A stretch of 63,033 nucleotides of DNA, from positions 372,001 through 435,033 of the forward strand of contig MU058844.1 of NCBI GenBank assembly GCA_013265495.1, in the 5' to 3' direction. Below the pieces are notes generated by a model. That model was not told where the DNA came from. It was given only the letters and a program-made list of their open reading frames with translations, and did no database searches. Shown one piece after another: positions 13,668 through 26,450 of this stretch. The stretch's first letter is position 1, and every line of letters begins with the position of its first letter. Source of the stretch: Vicugna vicugna. Taxonomy: Eukaryota. The position numbers and the translations under genes were made by a program.

Positions 13668-13681
13668 GTGCCCTCTAGTGT
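13668..13681 (-). promoter_or_regulatory. Candidate CTCF site
   Basis: Minus strand ACACTAGAGGGCAC versus consensus CCASYAGRKGGCRS (one mismatch). Confidence 0.5.
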
Positions 13682-14103
13682 TTCACTGACAATTTTTTTT
13701 AATCAATTTGAGGTGTGTTAATAATACACTTTATCAATGGAAGGAAATATGAGAATAAGGACTGAGTAGTAAGATTTTCATGAAACTAAATTTATTCCAG
13801 TTAAAGGACTATCAGACCTTATATACTTTTTAAATTTCTAGAAAAGAAAACATTTCACAAAATGTTAGTGATGGTGGGTAATAGGTTACTCCTGTGGGGT
13901 GGGGAATGGCAGAAGCAGAGGGGAGGTGATAGAGGTGATGAAATACATACTTATTTAGCAAAATTAAATAACAGCAACCCATGAAAACTAAATTTCCAGG
14001 AACTACAGTGTTAACTACAATGTATATATTTCCAATACAATAAAAACTAAGTTAATTCTCCAAAGCACTGACATGTGAATGCATGGTATGGGCATCTTAC
14101 GAC

Positions 14104-14145
14104 TGAACAATCTCTATTTAGTAGTGAACAATCTCTAGTTAGTAG
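14104..14145. repeat. 21-bp tandem duplication
   Basis: tgaacaatctctatttagtag / tgaacaatctctagttagtag. Confidence 0.85.
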
Positions 14146-14904
14146 ATCTTTGTACTTAAAAGAAAATTTCTTATTTAATAAATTAAGTTTTTATTGTTCC
14201 TTCTTTTGTAACACGGCATATCTCCATCTTTGTAAAACTTTGCATACAAATCAACATAAAAAACCTAACCATTTTCAAAGATATGTCACCATAGCTGGTA
14301 AATATTTCTGATTATCAAGTTTTATCAACTTGTATTTTCTTTGTTCTTTCCCCCCAAATTAATAATATATTAATGAAAAAGGTATAAACCACTTGAAAAC
14401 ATTTCCTTTAGGTAATAGAGAGTGGTCATTGTTAATTATTTCCTTTACTCTTTCCTATTCTATTCCTTACATTTTACTGAACACTTGAACCTTCAGCTAC
14501 AGTTCCTTTATTAAAAGAACTAGACTAAGCAAGACTTTGAATGTGAAATCATTTTTCATATCAAATTTTAAAATATCACAAATATTTTACAAGTTTGAAT
14601 AAAGTACCTTTCTACCTTAAAAGATTCCTCACCTCCTAAAAGAAATCACAGGGCAGCAATGCTATTAAGGATCATATATAAGCTGGAAGTGATAATCAAC
14701 AGAACAGACTATTAGCATTCCTGTAACACTAGTTTCGTAATATTAACATTTTAATCACAGAGTTTCATGTGTTCTGAAGCTACCATAATTTTTAAGAGAG
14801 CCAGAAAAAAAATCTCAAAATGAAGTTTATAATATTTCTCTAGGAAAGCACATTCTTGGGTGAAAGAAAACACCCCTTGTCATAGTTACTGACACACTAT
14901 AAGA

Positions 14905-15090
14905 AAGCTTTGGAGCCTGGCAGTTTGGATCCCGGCTCTCCCACTTGGTAGGTAGGGAAGCGTTCAAGCCACTCAGCCTTACCTGTAAAATGGGGATGAT
15001 GCTCTTTCTTCAAAGGATTATTGTGAGAATTCAATAATAACGAATACAAAGGACCTAGCAGATAGTAGACACATTTAAATATAACTAGTT
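14905..15090. mobile_element. MIR
   Basis: ctcagccttacctgtaaaatggggatgatg...aggattattgtgagaatt core. Confidence 0.7.
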
Positions 15091-15208
15091 TAATTATTTC
15101 CTAGAGCCACAAAAAAGGAAACATTATAACATCTATTTTCTGTATGGACCTCATGAGCTTCTTTTCAAAGGCAATTTAAAAATTTCCTTCAGGAGTACCA
15201 TGTACATT

Positions 15209-15393
15209 TTTATTAATCATATTTATACTACTAACAATATTAAGCTGATAATGTAAAAATATTTAATGATACTAGACAAATAACTCAAAAGGAAAATAAG
15301 ATGAAATAGGCTACTGTAGATAACAATGTCAAATCCAGAATTACTTAATATATATAAAGAAATAAACATTCTAATATATGAAGGCATTTTATT
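15209..15393 (-). terminator. Candidate MRPL42 polyadenylation signals (AATAAA at 15393-15388 and 15214-15209)
   Basis: tttatt on the plus strand ~110 and ~290 nt past the stop codon; which one is used cannot be told from sequence. Confidence 0.5.
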
Positions 15394-15499
15394 ATTATTT
15401 TACTATATAACATATTAATGGATATACCCAATTGCATTTTCTCAAACGACAAATGAGATACAGGGTAACACTTCTCTTTGATTCCCAAAAATCTCAATA

Positions 15500-15545
15500 T
15501 CATCTGTCTTTTGGAGGATCCAGTTTTCTACGACGTCTATGATAC
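15500..15545 (-). CDS. MRPL42: MRPL42 last coding exon: (Q)YHRRRRKLDPPKDR*
   Basis: Acceptor ttttcttcttttcaag|G; TGA at 15502-15500; basic C-terminus ending PPKDR as in MRPL42. Confidence 0.96.
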
Positions 15546-16058
15546 CTTGAAAAGAAGAAAATATTTAAGATAAGATTATTTTAATAAAAGTTAACTGTTC
15601 CTGATAGAAACATCAAATTTCTATTAGCTTGCTGTTTACTGGCAATCAATAAAATCAGTAAAATCTAATATATATGTATCATATATACATAGATACATCT
15701 CAGCTAGATATTTAATAATAAGCCATATTTCCCTGCTGTGAAGATTGTTTTCTATTAGTTAAGCATTTGGAAAGTCTTTTTGCAGATTTTGACATAATTT
15801 CAATATGGTACCTAGATAACTATTTCTGTGGCCCTAAAAATCTAACTATCCTATAAAAACATGATTCAGCTTATATTGCTCAACATTTTCATTACTCAAG
15901 GCTGACTCAAAATACCTGAGATCCTGATAGCCCTAAACCTAACAAAGTCAAATTCTAAAAGATAATCAATGTCAAATAGCATTTACAGATTTCTTATCAT
16001 GCATGAATGTCAATACATGCTACAATCACTAGCCAGAAGCAATCAAGCACTTGAACTT

Positions 16059-16181
16059 TAGGATGCCCTTATAACTTATCATCCAAACTGGGATCCTTTA
16101 AAGAATAAAAACCCACTCTATTAATAATTAACAAAGAGTTAAACTGAGACTGTTCCTGGCAAACCGAAATGTATTGGTATT
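16059..16181. mobile_element. MER81-like hAT-Blackjack MITE
   Basis: taggatgcccttataacttatcatccaaactggga...ctattaataatt...gactgttcctggcaaaccg. Confidence 0.6.
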
Positions 16182-16544
16182 GTTCTTAAATTACACAACT
16201 ATTCAGTGATACCTGAAATATTTTCCACAGGTCTTAGTTCAGAATAGAATTCACCTCCTGGTTCACAAGGCAGCAACACATTCAAATGTTTCCTACTGAT
16301 GGTGGTAGCTAATTTTTGATGTCTCCATGGAAAAATATTAATTTTTCAAGTAAAGTGGTACATTTACCCATTTATAGGATGCTTTATATTTCAGAAATTT
16401 AGAATTACTTTTCCGATCCTTCTTACTTTCTATCCAGACTTCTTTCAATACTTCCATCCTTCTTTCTTTCAACATAACTTTACAGTTCATGGAGCTATGT
16501 CAGCTAATTATTTTCTTTTTTAGGAGATAGTATGAAAATCAAAA

Positions 16545-17650
16545 TCATTCATTCATTCATTTATAAATGTGTGAAGCATCCACTATGTGCCAGGCACTAT
16601 TTCTAGGTGCTAAAGATTGTATAGTACACAAAACATGACAAAATCCCAACCCTCATGAAGCTTACATTCCAGTGCATTATATAGAAAAACAAGATCAACA
16701 AGTTGGCCAGGGAAGGCTTCAGTGAGTAAAAACTTAAGGGACATAACAGAACTATTTTTGCTGATATCAGCAGCAAGAGCATTCCATGCAGAGTAAATAG
16801 CAAGTATAAGGGCTCTGAGATGGAAGGAAGGGCATGTTCAAGGAACAGGAATGAGGCCATGTGGTTGGAATAGAGTGAACAAGGAAGGGAACAGTAGTAG
16901 GAAATGAGAGTAGAAAGGTAATGGGGGGGTCAGATCACATAGGTTCTTGTAGATGACAGTTAAGGCCTATACCTTTTCTGAATGAGATGGAAAGCTGGAG
17001 CACTTTCATAAGAAAAATTTTAAGAACTAACAGAATTTTTAACATGCTTTTCACTCTGGCTGTGTGCTAACAGGCTACAGGGAAGCAAAGGCAGAAGTAG
17101 GGAGACCCGTGAGGAAGCTATTTCAATAAACCAGGCAAAAGATGGTGTTGTGGACCAGGAAGATAGCAGAGGGAATGGTGATAAATGGCCAAATCTGGAC
17201 ACACTGTGGACATAGAACCAACTGGATTTGCTGGCAGACCTGATACTGGATGAAAGACAAAGAGAAGAGTCAAAAATGGCACCAAGGTTTCTGGCCCAAG
17301 CAGCAAGTTTCTGGTATTAACTGAGACAGGGAAGGCTGTAAAAGAAGCTGGTTTGTCGGGGAGCATCAGAAGTTCAGTTAGAGACACATTAAGTTAGGGA
17401 TATCCATCAGACATGTAGAATAGGCAGCTGGATATACAGCTATAAAGATCAAGGGAGAGGAAGAGATAGATTTGGGAGCCATCAGAATATAGATGGCATT
17501 TAAAGCCTACATCTACATTTAAAGAATGTAGATGGTATTGAGACTGTCTTAGGGAATGGGACAGGAAAGAGGAGAGAACCAAGGACTTATCCTTGGGGCA
17601 AGCCAAAATTTAGAGATAAGAAAGACAAAAAAGAATTGATAACAGAAACC
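16545..17650 (-). mobile_element. L2 3' portion
   Basis: (attc)n tail, cactatgtgccaggcact, gatttgggagccatcag...agatggcatttaaagcc. Confidence 0.85.
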
Positions 17651-18873
17651 AAGATAGTATGGAAATCCTGATATGTAAAAAAAGTTTCAACAAACTTATT
17701 AAGGTTGAGTTAATGAGACAAGTAACAGAAAACTAAAACACAACTATAAGGAATTCTGTAACCTTGCTAAAATGATGTGTTCTGAGAAGAATTAGAATTG
17801 AAGGAACGCTCCATTGACTTTTTAATTTTTTTTCATGCCTACTGCAGAAGACTGAAGAAAGAAGAGCTCATACACAGATGCTGACCACTGAGGGCACTGA
17901 CACGCCCTGTTTCCTGAGTAATGGCAACACTAAAGGCCAACAGGAGATACCTCAGGGGCTGCGAAGGAGTGCAAAGCAACTCAGAATCAATCATGTCCTC
18001 AACAACTATTTACAGAGGATTGATCTAATGGAAACAAAAAAAGTTCATTTACATAAGGAGTACCTTTCAAAGAATGTGCTCAAAGCCCCATTACTTCAGG
18101 TAAGTATAATACAGCAGCTAAGCTAGTTCGTTTTCATCACCTGTAATACCATCAACAGAAAGTAGCAAGTGCCTTATGGTTACATATGCTATTTTTTGAA
18201 ATCAACTTCTGCACAAATGAATATAAAAATAGTCATTCAGGCAAAGGTAGAGGGTAGGGAACTAAAAGTTCAATTTAATCCCAAACCCAAGTCCTGAGTT
18301 TCCCTCATCCATTTCCCACACTAAAAATTCGAATAGTTCTAGTGTCCAGTCTCAGTATAAAGTCCAAATCTAAGACTCTTTGAATTGCCATCCTAAAGTG
18401 AATAGGGTCACCAGGATTAGGAAACAGCAGTATTCAATTCATAAGTTTAGTGGTAACAATTTTAACCTTGGACCCCAGACTTATATATAATCTCATCACT
18501 AGTGTTTATTGCCCATTGGACTATTTTAGCATCAATTCTGTATAGTCATACTACCTATACTCCCAGTCCACCCACTTTAGGGGAGGCCAATAATTAAATG
18601 CAGGTAGGTTCAGGACTGAATGAGGTGGGGCAATATCCTGGGATCATAAAGCCTTTGCTGACCTTGATTCAGAATCTGATTAAGGAACATCTTAATCTAC
18701 CTGTGACCCACCTAGATAAAATGGAAATTATATAAACCGACATAACTTGATAGCTGAACTAAGAGAATAAAAGTTCCAAGAATCACTGGGTAATTTACCA
18801 GTGGACAATCTCAAAGACTACCATAAAGTATGGTTTCATAAAAAAATTGAACACCTTCAAAAAGCTGTGAAGA

Positions 18874-19105
18874 AAAACAGACTGAGGCATAGAAAATAAA
18901 CTTATGGTTACCAGGGGAGAAAGGGGGCGGGAAAAGTAAATTGGGAGTTTGAGATTTACAGACCCTAACTACTATGTCTAAAATAAACAACAAATTTATA
19001 TTGTATAACACAGGGAACTATATTCAATGTCTTGTAGTAAATATAACTGAAACATTGTGCTGTCCACCAGAAACTGACACCACATTGTAAACAGACTGTA
19101 CTTAA
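18874..19105 (+). mobile_element. 5'-truncated cetartiodactyl/camelid L1 3' end with TSD
   Basis: catagaaaataaacttatggttaccagggg...tataacacagggaactatattcaat; flanked by aaagctgtgaaga / aaactgtgaaga. Confidence 0.85.
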
Positions 19106-19464
19106 AGAAACTGTGAAGATAATTAGGTAAGATAATATTGCATCAGATAGTAATTCAGCACCCATATATTGTATGAAGAATACTGTATTAGAGGTCTTCT
19201 GGAAAACTACAAAACAGAAGCTGCATTCCTGACAAGGAGAGAATAATCCACAGCAGAAAATTTTAAAATGGACCTACAAATATAACATTAATAGATATCT
19301 AATAAACTATAGTTACATGTAGTTGTGCTAATAGGGGGAGTAGCTATTCAAAGTGACTATAATCAAACTAAATTTCACAAAGAAAATGAGTTGAGAGTAA
19401 ATGGCAAAGAAAGAGTGAAAGCAATGAAAATCAAAGGAAAAAGCATTTAAAGTGGCTTGATACG

Positions 19465-20630
19465 AAAATGAAAAGTTAGACTGGATAAAAAAGCAAAATA
19501 CACCATATTCTACTCATAAAAACACTGCCTTAAATATAAAGACACAGATAGGTTAAAAGTAAAAAAAAGAAACAAATGTTAATCAAAAGAAGGCTGGATA
19601 GGCTATATTAATACCAGATAAATTAGATTTCAGAGTAAGAAATATCTGTGGTAATAGAAAAGAACACTTCATAAAGATAAGGTGTCAATTCATCAAGAGG
19701 ATATAATAATAAGCATATATACACCTCATATCAGAGCTTCAAAATATATTAAGACAAAACAGAATTGGGAGGAGAAATAGAAAAATACATAATTAAAGTT
19801 GTAGATTTCAACATTCCTCTCATAGTAATTGGTTAAATAAATAGAAAAATATTAAGGATATAGAAAACTTGAACAACACTACCAGCCAAGTGGACCTAAT
19901 TAATAGTTTTAGAACACTACCCTCAACCATGGCACAATATACACTTTCTTTTCAATTCAAATATACAAACATTCACCAAGACAGGCTATAATGTGGGCCA
20001 TAAAACAAATCTCCATTAAAGACTGAAATACAAAGTATGTTTTGTGACCACAACAGAATTAAATGAGGAACCAGTAACAGAAAGATATTGGAAAATTTCA
20101 AAATATTTGGACATTAACTCATCACTAAATAGCTCATGGGTCTAAGAAGAAATCACAGGGAAATCAGAGAATTTTCTGAACTGAATGAAAATTAAAACAA
20201 AACATATCAACACTTGTGAGATGCAGCTAAAGCAGTGCTGAAAGGGCAGTTTATAGCATTAAATGCTTAAATTTAAAAAGACAGACTTCTAAACAATAAG
20301 TCTTAAGAAACTAAAAAAAGAACAAATTAAACCCAGAGTAAGCAGACAGAAGGAAATAACACAGAGCAAAAATCAGTAAAAAAAACAAAACAAAAAAAAC
20401 AATAGAATCAATTAAATCAAATGCTGGTTTTCAAAAAGATCAACAAAATAATATAATCAGGAATGAGAAAGGTCCTATAACTATAGATTATTAAAATACT
20501 AAACGGATAATAAGGGAATATTGCGAACAAATAAATTTAAACAATTTAGATAAAATGGGCAAATAGGTTGAAAGATACAAACTACCAATGTTCCCTCAAG
20601 AAGAAACAGATAAACCAAAAAGCCCTATCT
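19465..20630 (+). mobile_element. Old L1 ORF2 (endonuclease/linker) remnant
   Basis: ttaaatataaagacacagataggttaaaagt, gatttcaacattcctct and tgaccacaacagaattaaa motifs; heavily decayed. Confidence 0.85.
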
Positions 20631-20634
20631 ACTG

Positions 20635-21776
20635 ACCACAATAATTGACAAAGGAGGCAAGAATATACAATGGAGAAGACAGTCTCTTTAAAAGTAGTGC
20701 TGGGAAAACTGGACAGCCACACATACAAGAATGAAATTAGAACATTCTCTAACACCATATACAAAAATAAACTCAAAATGGATTAAAGATCTAAATTAAG
20801 ACCAGATGCTATAAAACTCCCAGAGGAAAACACAGGCAGAACACTCTTTGACAAAAATCACAGCAGTATTTTTTTTGAACCAGCTTGTAGAGTAAAGGAA
20901 GTAAAAGCAAAAATAAAAAATGGGACCTAATTAAACTTAAAGCTTTTGCACAGCTAAGAATTTCATCAACAAAACAAAAAGACAACCTACAGAATAGGAG
21001 AAAATATTTGCAAATGATGCAACCGATAAGGGACTAATTTCCAAAATATACAAAAAGCTCATACACCTTAATGTCTACAAAACAAGCAACCCGATCAAAA
21101 AATGGTCAGAAGACCTAAATAGACAGTTCTCCAAAGAAGACATCCAGATGGCCAACAAGCACATGAAAAGATGCTCAACATCGCTAATTATTAGAGAAAT
21201 GCAAATCAAAAGTACAATGAGGTATCACCTCACACCAGTCAGAACGTCCATCATACATTAAAAAGAAATGATAAATGCTGGAGAGGGTGTGGAGAAAAAG
21301 GAACCCTCCTACACTGTTGGTGGGAATATAAATTGGTGCAGCCAGTATGGAGGTTCCTTAAAAAAGTAAAAACAGACAACATATGATCCGGCAATCCCAC
21401 TCCTGGGCATATATCCAGAAAAGACTATAACTCAAAAAGTCACATGCACTCCAATGTTCACAGCAGCACTATTTACAACAGCCAACACATGAAAACAAAA
21501 TAAATGTCAATTGACAGGTGAATGGATAAAGAAGATGTGTCATGTACATACTATGGAAAACTACTCAGCCATAAAAAATAATAAAATAATGCCATTTGCA
21601 GCAACCATGGATGGACCTAGAGATCATCATACTAAGTGAAGTAAGCCAGAAAGAGAAAGAAAAATACCATATGATATCTCTTATATGTAGAATCTAAAAA
21701 AAGGACACAAACGAACTTACAAACAAAACATAAACAGACTCACAAACGTAGAGAACAAACTTATAGTTACCATGGG
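20635..21776 (+). mobile_element. Younger L1 ORF2 C-terminus and 3' UTR, lacking the tail
   Basis: gacaaaggaggcaagaatatacaatggaga...aaatgcaaatcaaaagtacaatgaggtatcacctcacaccagtcag...gtaagccagaaagagaaagaaaaataccat. Confidence 0.92.
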
Positions 21777-22689
21777 TATACTATTTGATGTTTAAGAAGT
21801 GCCCTCTGACATCTAGAAACCAACACTTGAAAATGGCTTATATTAATTCAAAATATATTATATAGATACCAATAAATACTTGTTGAATAATTAGTCATCA
21901 CATATTATTAGCTTATTAAAAATTCTGAAAGATGATGCATTACAAGGACAATGCATACAGGTAAAATTTTTCTTTATAGGTGTAAGCAAGCATCTGGAGT
22001 TCTTCTGCTGAACCTCTTATTGGGAGAGATATTGGGTTAATCAATTGCATCTAAATTAAAGTTTGCTTACAATTGAAAGTGCCTAGCAATCCTGATGTGA
22101 CAAGACATACCAGGAGATTAAATTAATTAGCAGGCAAAGCTAATTAGCAGTAGTAAGATTAACTAAGTAGATAAGATTAAACATAGGTGGGGTACTAGAC
22201 AAAAATGTTTGAAGATAACATGCTTGGTTCTAAGACTCCCTAATGGTCTTCTTGCCTTCAGTCTTGCCCGCTTCAAGTTACAAATCTATACAGGATTTTC
22301 ATAACTTCAGCAATTTGGTATGAACAAAAGATGGCAAAAAACTGCAGCAATATGAAACATGCAGGAAAGAAACAGATACTGAAAGCCATTACAGAAAAAT
22401 TTCAAGGTGCAGCTTGAACTAAAATATCTGGATAATAGGACAGGAATAAAAGATAAGTGTAAGGGATATTATGAATCATGGAGAGAAATCTTACTCTAAT
22501 ACAGTAATGACTTAGATATGGGGCTATGAAATGGCTTATTAATTTGTTTTCACATACCCTTACTTACAAAGATAGGAAAAAACCCTGACAGCATGCATAA
22601 ACAAAGTGTGTACGAAATTAGAAAGAAAACTCAAAGAAGATATAAATTAGATGCAGGAACTGAAAGACACTATGGTGGCCAAAACATGA

Positions 22690-23188
22690 TGATAAAGAAG
22701 ATGTGATAAATATATACAATGAAATATCACTCAGTCATAAAAAAGAATGAAATTCTGGCATTTGCAGCAACATAGATGGACCTAGAGAGAATTATGCTTA
22801 GTGAAATTACTCTATGTTATCACTTATACGTAGATCTAAAAAATAAAACAAATATACGTAACAAAACAGAGACTCACAGACATTGAGAACAAACTAGTGG
22901 TTACCAGAGGGAAGAAGAAAGGGGAGAGGGCTGAGATAGGGGTATGGGATTAAGGAATACAAACTACTATGTATAAAATAAATAGCAACAACAATATATT
23001 ATACAGCACAGGGAAATATAGCCATTGTTTTCTAACAGCTTAAAATGGAGTATATAAGTTATAAAAATATTAAATCTCTTTGTTACATATCTGAAACTAA
23101 TATACTATCGTAAATCCTGTGAATCAACTATACTTCAATAAATAGATAAAAATAAACATTATTTTACATTTTAAAAAGAAAGAAAAAT
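22690..23188 (+). mobile_element. L1 3' end (older subfamily) with TSD
   Basis: aaaaagaatgaaattctggcatttgcagcaacatagatggaccta...aactatacttcaataaa; TSD 22667-22684 / 23189-23206. Confidence 0.85.
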
Positions 23189-23559
23189 ACACTACAGTGG
23201 TCAAAAAAATAAGTTTTCCCTTGGGAAATTGATACAGAAATACCACTTTTATTACAGCAAGGGTATTAAGGGATGGGTTTTTTTTTAAGACAAAAGAGCT
23301 GTGTTTTGTTATAATGAATTTAAAACTTTGGACAGATAACTGGTTAGAAATATTCTAAGGACAATGACATTGGGAATAAGCCTGAGGAAATAAAAAAAAA
23401 TGTGTAATGGAGCAGGATGCATGTAATTTATATAATGAATGTAATTAGAGCTCTCAGAATGAATTTCAGCAAGACACGAGTGTAAGGTAGAGCCCTGAGG
23501 AATCTCTATTGTAACTACAGGTAAGGGAGGCAGTATCTTCTAAAGAGAAGCTAAAATAG

Positions 23560-24235
23560 TAAACCAAGCTCCAGGCCCATACATGTACCTGCTTTCAGAA
23601 CTGATGTTTCACAGAGCCTTCAGACTCAACATAACCAACAACGGATTCATCACTCTTAAAACTGTTTCCACACTTTTATGAGTGGTACCACCATCCACTG
23701 GAACACCTCTGTCAGAAACTGAGAGATCTGCTATCTCCTCTCTCTCCCTACCCGCACCAAGTCTGGTGAACTACTGCTGTTAAAGTTCTTAAACATAGTC
23801 CTCTCTTTTACTTTCCCCCTTTCTATTCCCATTGCTGGTCCTTTCACGTAGATCTTCAACAAATTTTACCTGGACTATGATAACAATTTCATAACAGGTC
23901 CCCGCTGACTCCAATCTCGGCAATGAAAATAAAACTTAAACTACTCAGCACAACACAAAATCCCTCAAAAGATCCTTCTTACACTCCTTCCTCATATTCT
24001 GGGTCCCATCCAAGTTGAACTACTTGCAGTTTCCCCAGCATGCTCTATGACACGCTGTCCTCTGCCTGTGAACCCTCTTCCCCATTCCCCATGGCTAACT
24101 CCTAACTATCCTTCAAACCTCAATAACTTGATTTTGTTTATTTACTCTATCTTCCCTCCTTAACTAGAAACCACTTACAAATAAGGGCTGTGTTTTTGAT
24201 CACCCAGCACTAGAGCAGCTCAATGACTGCATATT
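23560..24235 (+). mobile_element. L2 remnant
   Basis: ctcaacataacc, acctggactatgataacaatttcataacaggtc, gaactacttgcagtttccc. Confidence 0.65.
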
Positions 24236-24889
24236 CATTCATTCCATAAGCATGTCCTATTATATAAGTGGCAGCCCAGTGCTAGCTACTGAATAAAAAC
24301 AAAGTTTGCTCAAACAAACAGAAAGGAATAAAAACAGCCACCCCTTAGTTTTGGTAGGGAATAAGATGTATATGAAAGAAAGAAGAATCAAAAGAAGGAA
24401 ACTATTTAAAGTCAGAGTCAGATAAGAGGTAAGAATCAATGTGAGTGCTTGGATACCGAGGGGCAACTATACTTTTTAAAGGAACTAAGAATAATGTAAA
24501 CTGCCCAATCATTTGCTGTACCCCAATTTTTCTTTTGCAATAACTCAAAATCTGTTAAATAAGTGGATAGAGGGCCGAGGACAAAATCAACTATTTATTG
24601 GGAAGATGAATAAAAAAATACACAAAATGACTATATCAAAGAATGGAAAAAATTTTAAGAACTCTTCAAAACTTCACTGAAAGCTTCTGCACTGAAACAA
24701 AGAGAAAAAGAAGTACTATTTTGTTTTAGCTACAGCTTATGTAGATTTAAAAATACAATTTAGTAAGTGATCATACCGGGTGTTAATTCCTCCATGCAGA
24801 GAACAACCTCAGAAGTTTGTTAACAGAAGTAAAGTTATGTATTCCCTTAGTGTGTCTCATGGGAGTTGAAGAAAAGAAAATTGAACTTA

Positions 24890-25054
<165 letters not shown>

Positions 25055-26234
25055 CTACAAAATGATCAGCAATGAACAACATCAAAACTTAGAAATGTAA
25101 ACCAGCATTTGACTGACTTTACAATAAAATAATTACCACTCAGTAATTCATCACAGTATCTCAGGTGCGTAATTAAGTTATCAGAACAGAATTTCACTTA
25201 GTTGCATTATTTCCTAAAGAATCAGAAATATTTTTCTTCTCATATCAAGTTTTGAGTTTTCTTTCCAATAGTAAAGTTCTTATTTAAAAGTTATTTTTCC
25301 CCAATAATCAAATATTTATTACTTTAGTTTATGTTTCTCAAAACCATTATTATGCTCATTATTATTTTTTAACTTAAAAGTTTAGTCTCTATCTTATATC
25401 ACTAAAGTGAGATATAATGAAACACCTTTCATTGAAAATGACATTTCTTATACTCAAAGGAAGCAGGAAAATTTTTGGTGTTTTCATTTTAAGTGACTAA
25501 AATGTCATCAAATGATGTTTATGGTAATTCGAGTAGTTTTTACCCCCAGAGACATTAATTACTAAAAATCTCATCTCCTCCTAACAAATATGAGTGATAT
25601 AGCATATGCCAATCAGCAACAATGGCTAACTAAAGCCCTTAAAAATCAGTGCCTTGGAAAATCAAGTTATCTATATTTTAAATATTAAGTGATAACATAT
25701 GTAACAAAAGATTGTAACATAGCCTTGCTTTACAAATATCATATACACGCATTACAATACAATGAAAATATGAATTTACAATCAGAAAGGAAACAATTCA
25801 AACATAGATGTCTTCTTTACACTTCACATACTATTAATGACAACTACTACATTCTACCACTGTATTAAATGTTACAGCATATATTTATTTAGCTTATGTA
25901 TATGAAAAAAGAAGACCTCCTTAAAAGGCAACATATAAGTGAATGATGGTAGCACAACTGACTAAGTACTACAGAAACGCAAAGTAACAAAGATGTTATT
26001 GAGAAGTAGAACAGGAGCCAAGTCAGAGCTTTGTTACAGAGCACAGAATGAATTCTAGAAGGAATAACAAATATTTTAAGTAGGTAAGGATACACAATAA
26101 AAGAGGTAATCTTAAAAAATGGATCTTTAGAGACCAGATTATGAAAGGCCTTCAAAGTCAGATTCAGAGGTAACAATTTGACATAAGCAGAAATAAGAAA
26201 CCACTTCCTTAGTGTGGGAGAGAATAAGGAGAAA

Positions 26235-26450
26235 GTATAATGAAGAGGTTAAGAACTTGGGCTTTGGTCGCTAACTCTGCTACTTACTAGCTCTGTGACC
26301 TTGGACAAGTTATTTAAGCTCTTACTTTCCTTTTCTGTAAAATCTGCGAAATAATACCTAATAAGGGTTTAATGAAGATTAACTGAAATAATAATATACA
26401 GCATGCTTAGTTGTCCCTTGTATGCTAGAGTTCAATAATGGTAGGTAGCT
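26235..26450. mobile_element. MIR
   Basis: ctctgctacttactagctctgtgaccttggacaagttatttaa core. Confidence 0.8.

Noticed and set aside
17840..18860. Unassigned, moderately GC-rich intron segment (ORF 17878..18126) as a retrocopy or extra exon
   Set aside because: No recognisable protein, tail or TSD; needs a Dfam/BLAST search and may be an old LTR-element remnant.
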